Shown here: positions 50,497-60,673 of the stretch, piece by piece
Layout of the letters: each line of letters begins with the position of its first letter
Numbering within the stretch: the stretch's first letter is position 1
Source of the DNA: Chlorokybus atmophyticus
Taxonomy: Eukaryota > Plantae > Mesostigma and Chlorokybus algae
Assembly: GCA_009103225.1 (NCBI GenBank)
Contig: RHPI01003488.1
Span: 497,803 to 561,802, forward strand
Reading direction: 5' to 3'
Length of the DNA: 64,000 nt
Program-made: the position numbers and the translations under genes
Notes under the pieces: generated by a model
The model's input: the letters and a program-made list of their open reading frames with translations, nothing else
Told to the model about the DNA's origin: nothing
The model's database searches: none

Positions 50497-52753
50497 TCAC
50501 CGGTAGTGCTGCTGCAAGTACTTGACCACCATCATGTAGAGCAGCATTGGTGCTGTGCAGTAGACATATGCATCTGTCTTTGACATTCTTTGTCGCAGCG
50601 TCGCCAACAGCTTTTTCAGCAAATGGCCGTCAGCGTGCATGGCGTGCAGTAAGTCCGCCATGGCTGTGATGAAGTGCGTCCTATACGTACACAGGCGTAC
50701 AAACCGTGTGTACTGCGACTCGACCACACCAAGCTTCACGCTGTTTGGTATGTTGGAGGCTGGCAGCGGTGCTCTGTGACGTGGAATACCGCGGAAGGCT
50801 GGCAGCTCCTTTTTGCTGTACAGTTTAGTACAAATGCCATCAGCGATTTGGAATATGGACAAGTCCAAGAAGGGGAGTGCTTCACCCATTGCTGTGCGCG
50901 ACACCGTGAGGATGTCCCGCGGATAGCGTCCACCTCCGGGCACGGTTGGATCCACATTAATCAGTCATTCAAAGTCCGGAATGGCCACCACAAACAAATC
51001 ATCAATGTAACGTAGGACGTTGCGAGCGTACAGCCCCACCAAGTGTCCGTGGCCCTGCATGCGCAGCCGTTGCATGAAGTCCAGCTCATAAGTCAATAAG
51101 TAGCCATTGGCCAAGTGCACGCCAGCATTATTGCCTATCGGGATTCCCACTTGCTGCCTGTACAGTTCGTCACTGCTCGTCCGGATGTACAAGTTGCGTA
51201 GCAAGTACTGCAGCATGTCACTCAGCGACTGCACGGTGAATGTGCGCCAGTTGCTGTCGTCATTGGAGGTGTGTTGCGCGCCAGCGCTGCGCTCCAGTGC
51301 TGTCGCACCGAAGCATCTGGTTGAACACTCAGGTGTAAGTGGGTAGCGCGCTGTCGTCTTCCACTGCATGTCGAACGTGGCATCCACCAAACGCCTCATG
51401 CGGAGCAGCAACTCCTCATGCTGTATCTGCGTGGACAGCGTAGTAAAGTCATAAGTTTGGAGCTGCAGACGTCGCCTTTTGTCGATAGCTGTGCGAGTGG
51501 TATTGAACACCGATTGCAATCTACCAAACGCCAGCTGGTCAGTGATGATCCAGCTGTGGTGCACGTCCGGCAGGCCCACCGTCTCCGCCCACAAGTCATG
51601 CCAGATGGGGACCATGGCTCGGTACACTCTTGTCAGCCACACGCTGGCATCGGTTAATGCGGTCTCTGACGCTGCTGCTATGAAGCGGGGTCTCGGAGGA
51701 TCTTTGTGCAGTTTGTACAACATGTACAAATGCGGCAGCCTTGGGGCTTGCTGTGGCTTGGCCATACGGAAACTGTGCGCATGGTTCCACTCCGCGCGCT
51801 GTTGCAGTACGGTGTGAGGCGGTACATCTTCACGCACATATGTACTGGTACATAGCTCCTTGGTCAAGCAGAGCAGATAGTGTTTCTTGCAAATGGCTAC
51901 AAGGGTGCCGCTACATTTGTCCACCTCTGTAATGATGAACTGACGATGCAGCTGTCGCAAGGCCGCAACATCCAACGGTGTCACTCTGCGTGATTGACTG
52001 CTTTGCAGTTGGTACTCAGGGGCCGCAGCAACCACTGCCGCACGCTCGTTCACCAAGCGCAACAACGTTGTCACCCACTGCTGTAGGATGAACGGCTGTC
52101 CCCAGTAGTCCTCGAGGTCGTTGGCAAAGCGATGCACTGCCGACGCAATGGCTGGCAAGCACACGTCAATATCTGCTGGCACCTGGTTGCGGAACTTGCC
52201 ACCACGTTGCAGCATCTCACGCAGCACCGCTGAGTCTGTCACTCGGTTGTAGTCGCAGCTGACCACGTGCTGCAACTGTGCATGCACCTGTGTTCTCCAT
52301 TGTGGCGAGGTGCAGATGCAGTTAGCAGCTTCCATCACTTCCACTTGTTGCTGCGCAGTCGATTGCAACACATCTTTGGTCCGATTGCACAACATGCGCC
52401 CTACTGTTTTGGCTGCAACGCCACACCACCAGCGGTTGGCCGAGGCGTGTGCGCACTTGTCTTGGCAGCGTGTCCAGCACTGTGGGGTGTGACAGCAGCT
52501 TTTGCAGTTCCAAAGCATTCGCTGCGCTATTGGCAAATGGGCAAGCTACCAACAGGCGGGCATTGCGGGTTTGCGGCAACGCTGTGGGGTAGTTCAGCAG
52601 CAGGCGCTGTATTACACCTGTCAAAGCGTGTGCATGGGCGGGTAGTACTTGCAGATCTTCTGGTGCTGTATGCTGCAGCACAGCTAGCATCTTGTGCAAG
52701 TTTTGTAGCTTGAAGTTGAGTAGATTGGCGAGGGTGAATTGAGCAGACTGCAT
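50497..52753 (-). pseudogene. PLE reverse transcriptase of element C (three frameshifted segments)
   Basis: FANSAANALELQKLLSHP, CICT...HVVSCD...LREMLQRGGKFR, TEVDKCSG, LPHLYMLYKLHKDPPRPRFIAA, TYDFTTLSTQIQH, YRQQVGIPIGNNAG, YIDD at 50998-51009, LPFLDL..CTKLYSK. Confidence 0.93.
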
Positions 52754-52761
52754 GCGTTCAG

Positions 52762-53346
52762 TTAGCAGCTGGATGCGTCGGAAAAAGTCTCTGTATCCGA
52801 AGACTCTGCCAGCTGTTCATGGTGCGATTGTTGTTGTTGGTGACGCAGTTGTTGGCGTCGCCAGTGCGGCAGTCTTGCTCGCTTGTAAGGGGCATGTTCG
52901 ACATTGTATCCGCGTGGTACCGCAGTCCTTAAGCGTTGCGTCCATAACCACTCTTTCTGTGCAGCCCGCTGGTGCCAAGCTGTGTTGCTTTCGCTTGGCC
53001 AGGGGGGTACGGACTCCAAAGGTGAAACACCCCACCATTGCACAGGCAGGGTGCGCATTGTCAGTTCCAACAATGTGGCACAGTCACCACGTGCAGCACG
53101 CCAGTGTTGTTGGAAGCGCTGGAAAGCCGAATTCACTGTCATGCCCACATAGCACTTCTTGGCACCATTGAGCAAGTAGATCACGTAGATAACGTGATGG
53201 CTTTGGACCGGAGAGAGGCGCCAGGGCGTGTGCAGAATGCGTTTCACTTTGTTGCGAATGCGGCGCAGCACTGGTAGTTGCCAATGTAGGTGAACGTCCA
53301 GCACATGAGCTTGTATGGCTTGCCAATTCAACGTTGGTGTTGACAT
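52762..53346 (-). pseudogene. GIY-YIG endonuclease domain of element C
   Basis: HHVIYVIYLLNGAKKCYVGMTVNSAFQRFQQH...AAQKEWLWTQRLRTAVPRGYNV: IY/YVG pair, catalytic Arg, Glu, and GYN. A frameshift separates it from the downstream linker. Confidence 0.88.
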
Positions 53347-54684
53347 GATGCCTTCACAGTCGGTGCTGTGCTGTGCATGGCCAACGGGGGTGTGTAGCGT
53401 ATATGCAATGCTATGCATGTGACCCCATTGCATTGTGCACATGCATGACACATGCAAACACAAGCGCACTCGCACACGCCAGCAAACAACAACTTGTTAC
53501 ACCACCGGGCTACCTATACATACTAGGAAGCTACCTTCGCTAAGCCCTTGCCCCGTTAGTCAACATGCATGCGTAGTTACCTGTACACAATGGCGATTCA
53601 AACAGTTAGGCACCGGGTGAGGCTGAGCGGTAGCAGTAGCAGACAGCAGACGGACTCCCCCTTCTCTGTCTCCCTCTCTCTCCGCCTCTTTCCTGCCGCC
53701 TCCCTGCTTGCAGTACGTGCGCTCCTTGCACTACGTGCTGCTGTTGACGCAGCCAGGGTTGCATCGCCTACGTGTGTGTTGCAATGTGCTTGCATGCTGT
53801 GAATGATGTCATGCATGCCTACAACTACTGGCAGCATGTCCTGTACAGCACGTCACACATCATGTACACACGGCGGGGGGGAGGGGGGAGGGGGCATAAG
53901 GCAGCAAGAAGCATGTTGCTTGACATTTGTTGGCAGGATATGACACGCCTGACAGTGTTGTCTTCCAGCACTTGTCAACAAATATGTCAACTGGCACGGA
54001 GCAGCACATCGCCGGTCCTTTGACGATGTGGTTACGAAATGATCCTACCCAAAACTCTTTGGTAAGAGTTGCGCTAGCCACATAAAGTAAAGCACATGCG
54101 CAAACAAGGCACGGAGATTTGATGGCATGCATCCCTTTCAAACATGCAAATCAAGAGCGATGCACTGGCTACCGTTAACATGCGTGCCTACAAAACCCAT
54201 TACAACCCGACATGTAACTTCAGCTGCCACAAAGGCTACTCGAAAAGGAAGGAGGGAGCTCGGTGGACTATACCTCATATGGTGCGATTGGGCAAGGTAC
54301 TATGTCAACAATGTAGTGCCGGTAGGAGCCAATGTCAACGGTGGCCTGTCTTCTTGGCTTTTGTGCCTTGCGCATGCACTTGCACTTCAATGATTATACG
54401 GACGTTCCTTGACGCATACGGTAACTACCCACACGCATACTGCATGAGCACAATCAGCTGAAGAAACGCTGTACACTCTTCAGCAGCTAGCCAGCAGCAA
54501 TCTGGATGATGTAAGATAGACACAGCAGCATACCGTAGGTACTCACATGGCTTGTCATGCTTGCTCCGCTGCTGGCTTGTCCCCACCTGCTGGGCCTTTC
54601 TTCTTGCTGCAACAAACCCGTGATTGTGCAACAGTTTATCCATGAACCAGGACAACCGGACAGCGCTTCCATTATACCTTTTTG

Positions 54685-57600
54685 TACTCTGATGACGACC
54701 ATGGCTGGAGGCCGCTGGTTGTCCAACTGCTTGGAGCTCCGGGAAGTCTTCAGGGAAACGACCAGCATTGGTGGATGCCCGCGCGCAGCGTGCTTGTAGC
54801 GCGGCTTTATCGTAGGCCAATGCAGCAGCACGTTCGTGCTGACTGCAACCCAAGAACCTGAAGCAGATTGAGTCTGTCAGAACAACACTCACCGCGGCTG
54901 GCCAAGATGTTGGACATGTGCTCACTGGTATTGTCGGCTTTTGCGGTTTCGTATGCGCGCAAACCACACTGCCATTTCTGAGTGCCAATGCACCCCCTTG
55001 TACTTGGAAGTGCGTGCTGGTATGACATCAAAAGGGTCAGGTCACAAACAGGGAACAAAGCAAGTGCAGCATAAATGCAAGCACAACCTTAACTCACATT
55101 CTTGCAGGTCTTCTGGTTGGCTGTCAGTCTCTGTATCACTGCCAGCGTCGTCGCGCTGGTTCGGCAGTAAGGATGAAACGCGACGTCGCAACAGCTTTGT
55201 TGCCGGCTTTTGCTTACGTTCACTGCATAGGAAGTCACGTAGTACCGTGTGCAGCAGATAGCAGTAGTTGCTGGATGTTCTTGGCCGCTTACCATGCCTT
55301 GGGCGTTGCTGGTGCAAGCTTGGCCCGTTTTGGCTTTTCGCGCTGGCCTGATCTAGCGTCTCCTGAAGTTGCACACGAGTGCAGCTGAGGAATCTGCCCT
55401 GGCAGCGGTTACACAAGACTGCATGCTACGTACGAAATTAACAACCAATCTTGAGTTACTTCTCAAGCATGTTGCGGCAGGCGACTCAATGATCTCATGT
55501 TCGACCTCGGCGCCAGCACCACCCAGACTGCCGCTGGCCGACCTGTTACGCCTATCATGCAAGCATATCAACTGCTATGCGGTCGTCACCAGTCTGGCAT
55601 TGTTGTACCTGTCTGCTGTTGCCAGGTTCTTTTGTGGTCTGCGCATTGGCCTGCGAACTGCACAGACACCTTGAGATGAGACAGTCATTCTGTCATCGTG
55701 CGCAAGTTACCATGCAAGCGCAGGTGATGGAGAGACTACTGAACAACCGTTGCTATTATGCCTTTGCCTTCAGTAGAAAAGCTGGACCGCTGAGAGCACA
55801 AAACATTACCATCATGGCTTCTTCCCGCTACGCTCGTGGCATTGCCTGCCTTCTGTTGCAGATGTTTACCCTCTACTGCTTCCTTCTCACTATCAGTCTC
55901 ATCCAAGTCATCAGTGAATCTCAGATGGTTTGTCACAGCCTGATCGCCATCTCTCTCCAGCAGCGCCTGTGGCAATTGTCTTTGTCCAATCACCAGCATG
56001 CGCGCGCGTGGATTGCAGACCATATCAGCATGTGTGCAAATGTGGGTGCGTGGGTGCGTGGGTGCGTTTGCGTGCGCACTCAACGAATATCAGCGTGCGT
56101 ACAGACCTTCATTCGTGTGTGTGCATGCATGTACAAGCTCTGACCTTATCATAAGCTCGAGCAGCTTGGACCTGTGTGCGGAAAAGGCCAAGGAAGCGGC
56201 GGCCTGTGACAGGAAGCTGAATGGCAGCGCCCCAGTGATTAGCTCCGGCATGGACATAGTAGCGGACGCCCTTGTACTTGGAGCGCTGTTTGTGTGTAGT
56301 GTGTGCACCTGTTTCACAAAACAACTGTGTTGAAAATGTAAACATGCTCTCACTGATGAGGGTGTGAGAGTGCATGCGCCTACCGTCTTGTATGGATTGC
56401 ACTGCACGGGCTACAGACGTGTCCATTGCATGATGCACATCGCGTTGCCTGTGTGTGCTCTGCGTCTGTTGCTGCTGCCTCCCAGGTGCACCGTGTGCGG
56501 CTTGCTGAGCAGCCTCGCTTGTCTTGTTGCAAGCATTCATGGTGCGGGTCTCCTTGCAGCTGTGTTGGGATTGCCTGTGAAGAGTCGCAACAGGTGTGGC
56601 CAGGGGACTGCATTGTGAGCACGTCAATAAAGGACCACTGTTGCGCAATGCTAGCAATATGCAGTCAACTCACCGCAACGCAGGGCCAGGCTGCATCAAA
56701 GCTGGCGATTGTGGCGACTGGCCTTCAGCGCTTGTGCGGGTGGCTTTCATCGGCTTCCACCGCTTTCGCAAGCGTTGAGCTGCAGAAGACAGTAAAATCT
56801 TCTGCAGCTCAACACACCTCTAGCGTTTTCAACCAACGGAACACGTTCATGGCGTCTATTGCATAGGCTCGTATGTACCTATGCTTGTAGAAGCGCCCTT
56901 CACTTCCATCACGAACATCACATCATCGTCGCTGTCATCAACAACACCAGAGCCAAGGGTGTTGTCGCCCTCTGCTGCATTGGCTTGATCACTGTCCCCG
57001 AAGTCCTTACGAAACGTTCTTTGGTTTGTGACAACATGTGGACCATCCCTTTCCACCAATGCCTGGCACACAACACAGCATTGAGTACTGCATCCCGTGG
57101 TTGATCCTTAGCACGTGAAGACAGCTGAGGGTACCTGGTCATAGGCTAGGGCAGCTTCCTGCTCTGTGGCGAAGCTACCAAGGTAGTGACGACCGCCATC
57201 TCTCAGCATTATGGTCGAGACCCATGGTTTCGGAGCCATGGGCCGGTGTTTGGCGTTAAAGTGAACGCCCTTGTACTTGGTGTACTTGCGAGTGGCGTTC
57301 CCTGTGGGTGCCATTGGTTGGTGTGCATGCGAGGGGCGTCCCTTCAAGCTTATCAGGCGGTGTGTGCACACGACAATGCTGTATACAAGCGATCACTCAC
57401 GTTACCAAGTTGGGCGAACTGAACTCTCGACCAGTGACTCTAAACTCGGGGTGTAGACAAGCGATAGGGTCCAGAATACCAAAAGCTTGGAATGCTAACA
57501 CACGGTCAGTCAACTCTACACGTTCTACATCTCGAGTCACATGCGTCGTGCACATGATTAGACCATGCTGCATGCACAGCTGCTCTCTTGCAGTCCCTTG

Positions 57601-58035
57601 AGATTGCTATGGGCTATCAGAACAACTAAGGTTAGTGGGCAATAGACAATGCATGAAAGCAGCAATCCTGGGAGCTTCATGCTCTCGTCAAACAATGGAC
57701 GAGGCCGCGTGCGCTGCTGCTTGCTAGCACTCCCTTGCGTTGACTTACTAAGGACTGCATGCAAGCCCACGCCAGTAGCAAGTGCCGCTTACACCAAGAC
57801 GACCCAACTTGGAGCACTATCAAGCGCAGTAGACTCCGTCAATACTGCCTTGCAAAACCGTAGGACTGAAGCCTACACAGGCTACAGGCAGCAAAACAAC
57901 AGCGTCCTTGTGCATGGACGCAAGCAAGCCGGCGTCTTGTGTCAATCTCAACGGCTGCATTGTCAACTTGAACGACGGAGTGGCTCAGCAAGCCAGCACT
58001 CAGCTACCAAGACGTAACTCACCTTTGGGCGGCAT
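54685..58035 (-). pseudogene. Multi-AP2-domain gene, copy B (three AP2 domains; partly intact, probably decayed)
   Basis: AP2-1: exons 57301-57135 and 57062-56879 (TKYKGVHF...WVSTIMLRDGGRHYLGSFATEQEAALAYDQ|ALVERDG). AP2-2: 56308-56145 and 55966- (SKYKGVRY...RRFLGLFRTQVQAARAYDK|ALLERDG). AP2-3: 55016-54926 and 54857- (TSKYKGVHWH...|FLGCSQHERAAALAYDKAAL). Splicing is in phase through AP2-1 and AP2-2; stops or indels occur in the AP2-2/AP2-3 linker. Confidence 0.85.
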
Positions 58036-59879
58036 TGTGTCCTCTGGTTCCGCCTCCAAACACGATGACTCTGCAAGGCAACTCTAAGCTAAGCTAGGGC
58101 AGCGCCATGCACTAGGCCAGTACAAGCTCGACAGGCAGGGCAGCGTAGGTGCGCGCATCCATCCCCCGGCAGTCCAGGCCATACTTGCGCTTGTGCATGC
58201 AGGCTTCAGTTAGTGCGTCGTACTCAGCGTTGACAATACCGCTGTTGCCGACAAGTCGGTCCAATCAGTGAATTGTCCGCAATCTAACGTCCATCACCAC
58301 TGGCGTAAACGCTGGAAAGTGCACGCAGTGCATCAATTGCGACAAGTCGACTACGAGTCTCCATCGACCATGTCACGGCCGCTCTCGCAATACTTGATGA
58401 ACACAATGTACCACAAGGACAACCTCCTAGACTTACGACATAAACGCATAAGATACCAGTTCACAACTCATGTCTTGTGGAACTTGTGTAGTGCTTGCGG
58501 CTGATCGCACTCCAATAATATCTGTTTATTTAGTGCGCTTTGCTCAAATGTGTGCGACTTTACGTGTGACCACATGTATGCGTGCGCCTCGTGCCCGCGT
58601 AACGATTACGCGGGCGCAAGGTGCACGCGTACGGCTACTCCTTTGGCACTTCTTTTATATATATGTACATGGGTGCATGTAGCGTGCTATGCAGCTTTAC
58701 TGCAATCACTTGGTTGATCTCGGCAGTTGCAATTTAAGCAGCTTGATATCCCTATATTATTTTTAGAGGTGGTGGCGCATTAGTCATGGCGCCGCCTTTC
58801 GATAGGGGAAATTGGGTTCTATCCCCACAAGGGTTGCCGCGGCAAGAAATGGTGGGCCCTTCTCACGCCGTCGTGATGGGCTCACCTACGGGGTTAAGCG
58901 GTTAACATTGGCGGAGCTACACAGCTTTTCGGGAAGCGTTGGAAACATCTATTGCCAAGGGCAATGGTCCGGTTGCATAGAGTGCGAGAGCCGGTTTGAA
59001 AGAAAAAAAATTATTTCAATATAGCAATAAAAATACTGAACGAGGATATGTACATGCATTACCTGCATGTTGTAAATACGCACACAAGCACTATCAGTAA
59101 AGTGCCATAAATTTAATCACATATTGACATACACACGCAATGCAAATGCATGCACACAAGCAGCACTCACAAAAACTTGCACACGCGTATCAAAAGGGGT
59201 GTGTACTCAATAATGCAGACCACATATGCCTCCTACTTGAACCCAATCTACTAGTTTTATCCACTTACATACACCAGTGTGTGGTGAAGTGGCATGTGTA
59301 ACATGCGCCGCTACTATTTATTGTTGCTGTCTTAAGCCGCGGCTTAACGGCAATTTCAGCCAATGTTTCCACAGGGCGCAACGCCTGGCGCGTTAACAAT
59401 TGCTTCCGTTTGAGACCGGGTGACATGAACCGTGTGATGCTATTTTTATTTTAATGCCGCTTTAGTGATCATGGTGCTACCACAATTACGGTAATCATCG
59501 TTTATATTAATATTGTTACTGCAAACAACGGGAGTTTACGTGTTGGTATGCATGTGTGGGAGTGTGCTGCGTGCTGCTCGCGTGTGTACCCGTGCGCCGC
59601 GGTGTGCGTTATCATATACACGTTCTTGGTACGCGCGCTGCATATATAAATTGGGATAATCAATGCAGCGAATGCTTCGCACGCGTTCATCACGTTGCAT
59701 GCAACCACACACACGCACATACTCACCTCATGTCCACACATGCTTGACCACCGAGGTGCTACCCCCTCTCCTACTCTCTCTTGCAACCAACTCTACCACT
59801 AACATCACAATCCGACCCCGTTCTGCATGCATCAACGCAGTTATTTGCCACACTTCTGCACTGCTGAGCTGCATCAGTG

Positions 59880-60673
59880 CCAACCCACATGCGTAAGGAT
59901 GACTCGCAGATGCCCCCTCCCACCGCTCCCAAACCTCCATTGGCAATCGCCGCTGTCGCTACAACTTTGTCGTACAATGCATTGGGCCCATGTACATGGG
60001 CGATCCACCACAAAACGGGCAAACGTCTCTACTCGCAATGCATGTACAACTTGCCGTAGTCTTCAGCACTGAATGTGTATAAGGTTAAGACTGCACGAGC
60101 ATGCAAAATGTATTTAAGCTTATGTGTCGCTCGTGTATTTAGTATTAACATCAAGCGTATGTGTGTGCGCACGCGCGCATGGTACATGCACGCACGCGTG
60201 TGCGTGATTATGCGTGTGAGTGCGTGTACGTGACCATAATGAAACCCGGTATGCCTGTAAAGTTCTTTATGCTGCCCTTTTCTCGCTCCTGGTGCCTCTT
60301 CCAAAGAGTGAGTTACGCGTGCTATCTCTAACCCTTTTTTTAGCGTGGCGGCCCCCACCCCAGCCCACCTTGACGCGCCGATGCCGCCGGCTTACTCATA
60401 TTTGCGAATATCTCGCAGCACAATGCAACTCTATCAAACGCTCAACACAACCTACAGGGCTAAATTGATGAGCATTTTTCTTGTCACGATGCCGCTTTGT
60501 AAAGTAGATTTTGAATCTAAAGTTTTGCAGTAAAATTCATCACAAAAGAGGCCAATGGTAGCGGGGATGGAGCCATTTTGCTGGTGAGTGCTCACCAAAA
60601 CATTTTGCAACACATCGATTTTCTTAGCGGAATTGATACGTGAGCGTGCATAAATGCAAGACACTTTGACCAT
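59880..60673 (-). pseudogene. Decayed reading frame resembling a Replitron-type HUH transposase
   Basis: Across frames, in order: NVLVSTHQQNGSIP, VGCVERLIELHC, GGLGWGPP, EKGSIKNFTGIPGF, (intron-like insert), EDYGK, HVHGPNALYDKVVAT. This parallels my recollection of the Replitron pattern DVSLT..ERG..LH.Q..LGW..P..KGLHTF.G..GYC.KD..HG. Recognition by eye only. Confidence 0.45.

Larger units (their letters stand above)
49815..53895 (-). mobile_element. Penelope-like element copy C (Naiad/Chlamys-type, N-terminal GIY-YIG), near full length
   Basis: Order on the minus strand: pLTR (~53780-53500), GIY-YIG, linker, RT, thumb, pLTR (~50400-49954), short inverted tail (49827-49838). The flanks rejoin to match the uninterrupted paralogous site near 38720. 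Confidence 0.93.

Noticed and set aside
49954-53800. Hammerhead ribozymes in the pseudo-LTRs
   Set aside because: I found no CTGANGA...GAAA core with flanking stems in any pLTR by eye. An Infernal search is needed to exclude divergent forms.
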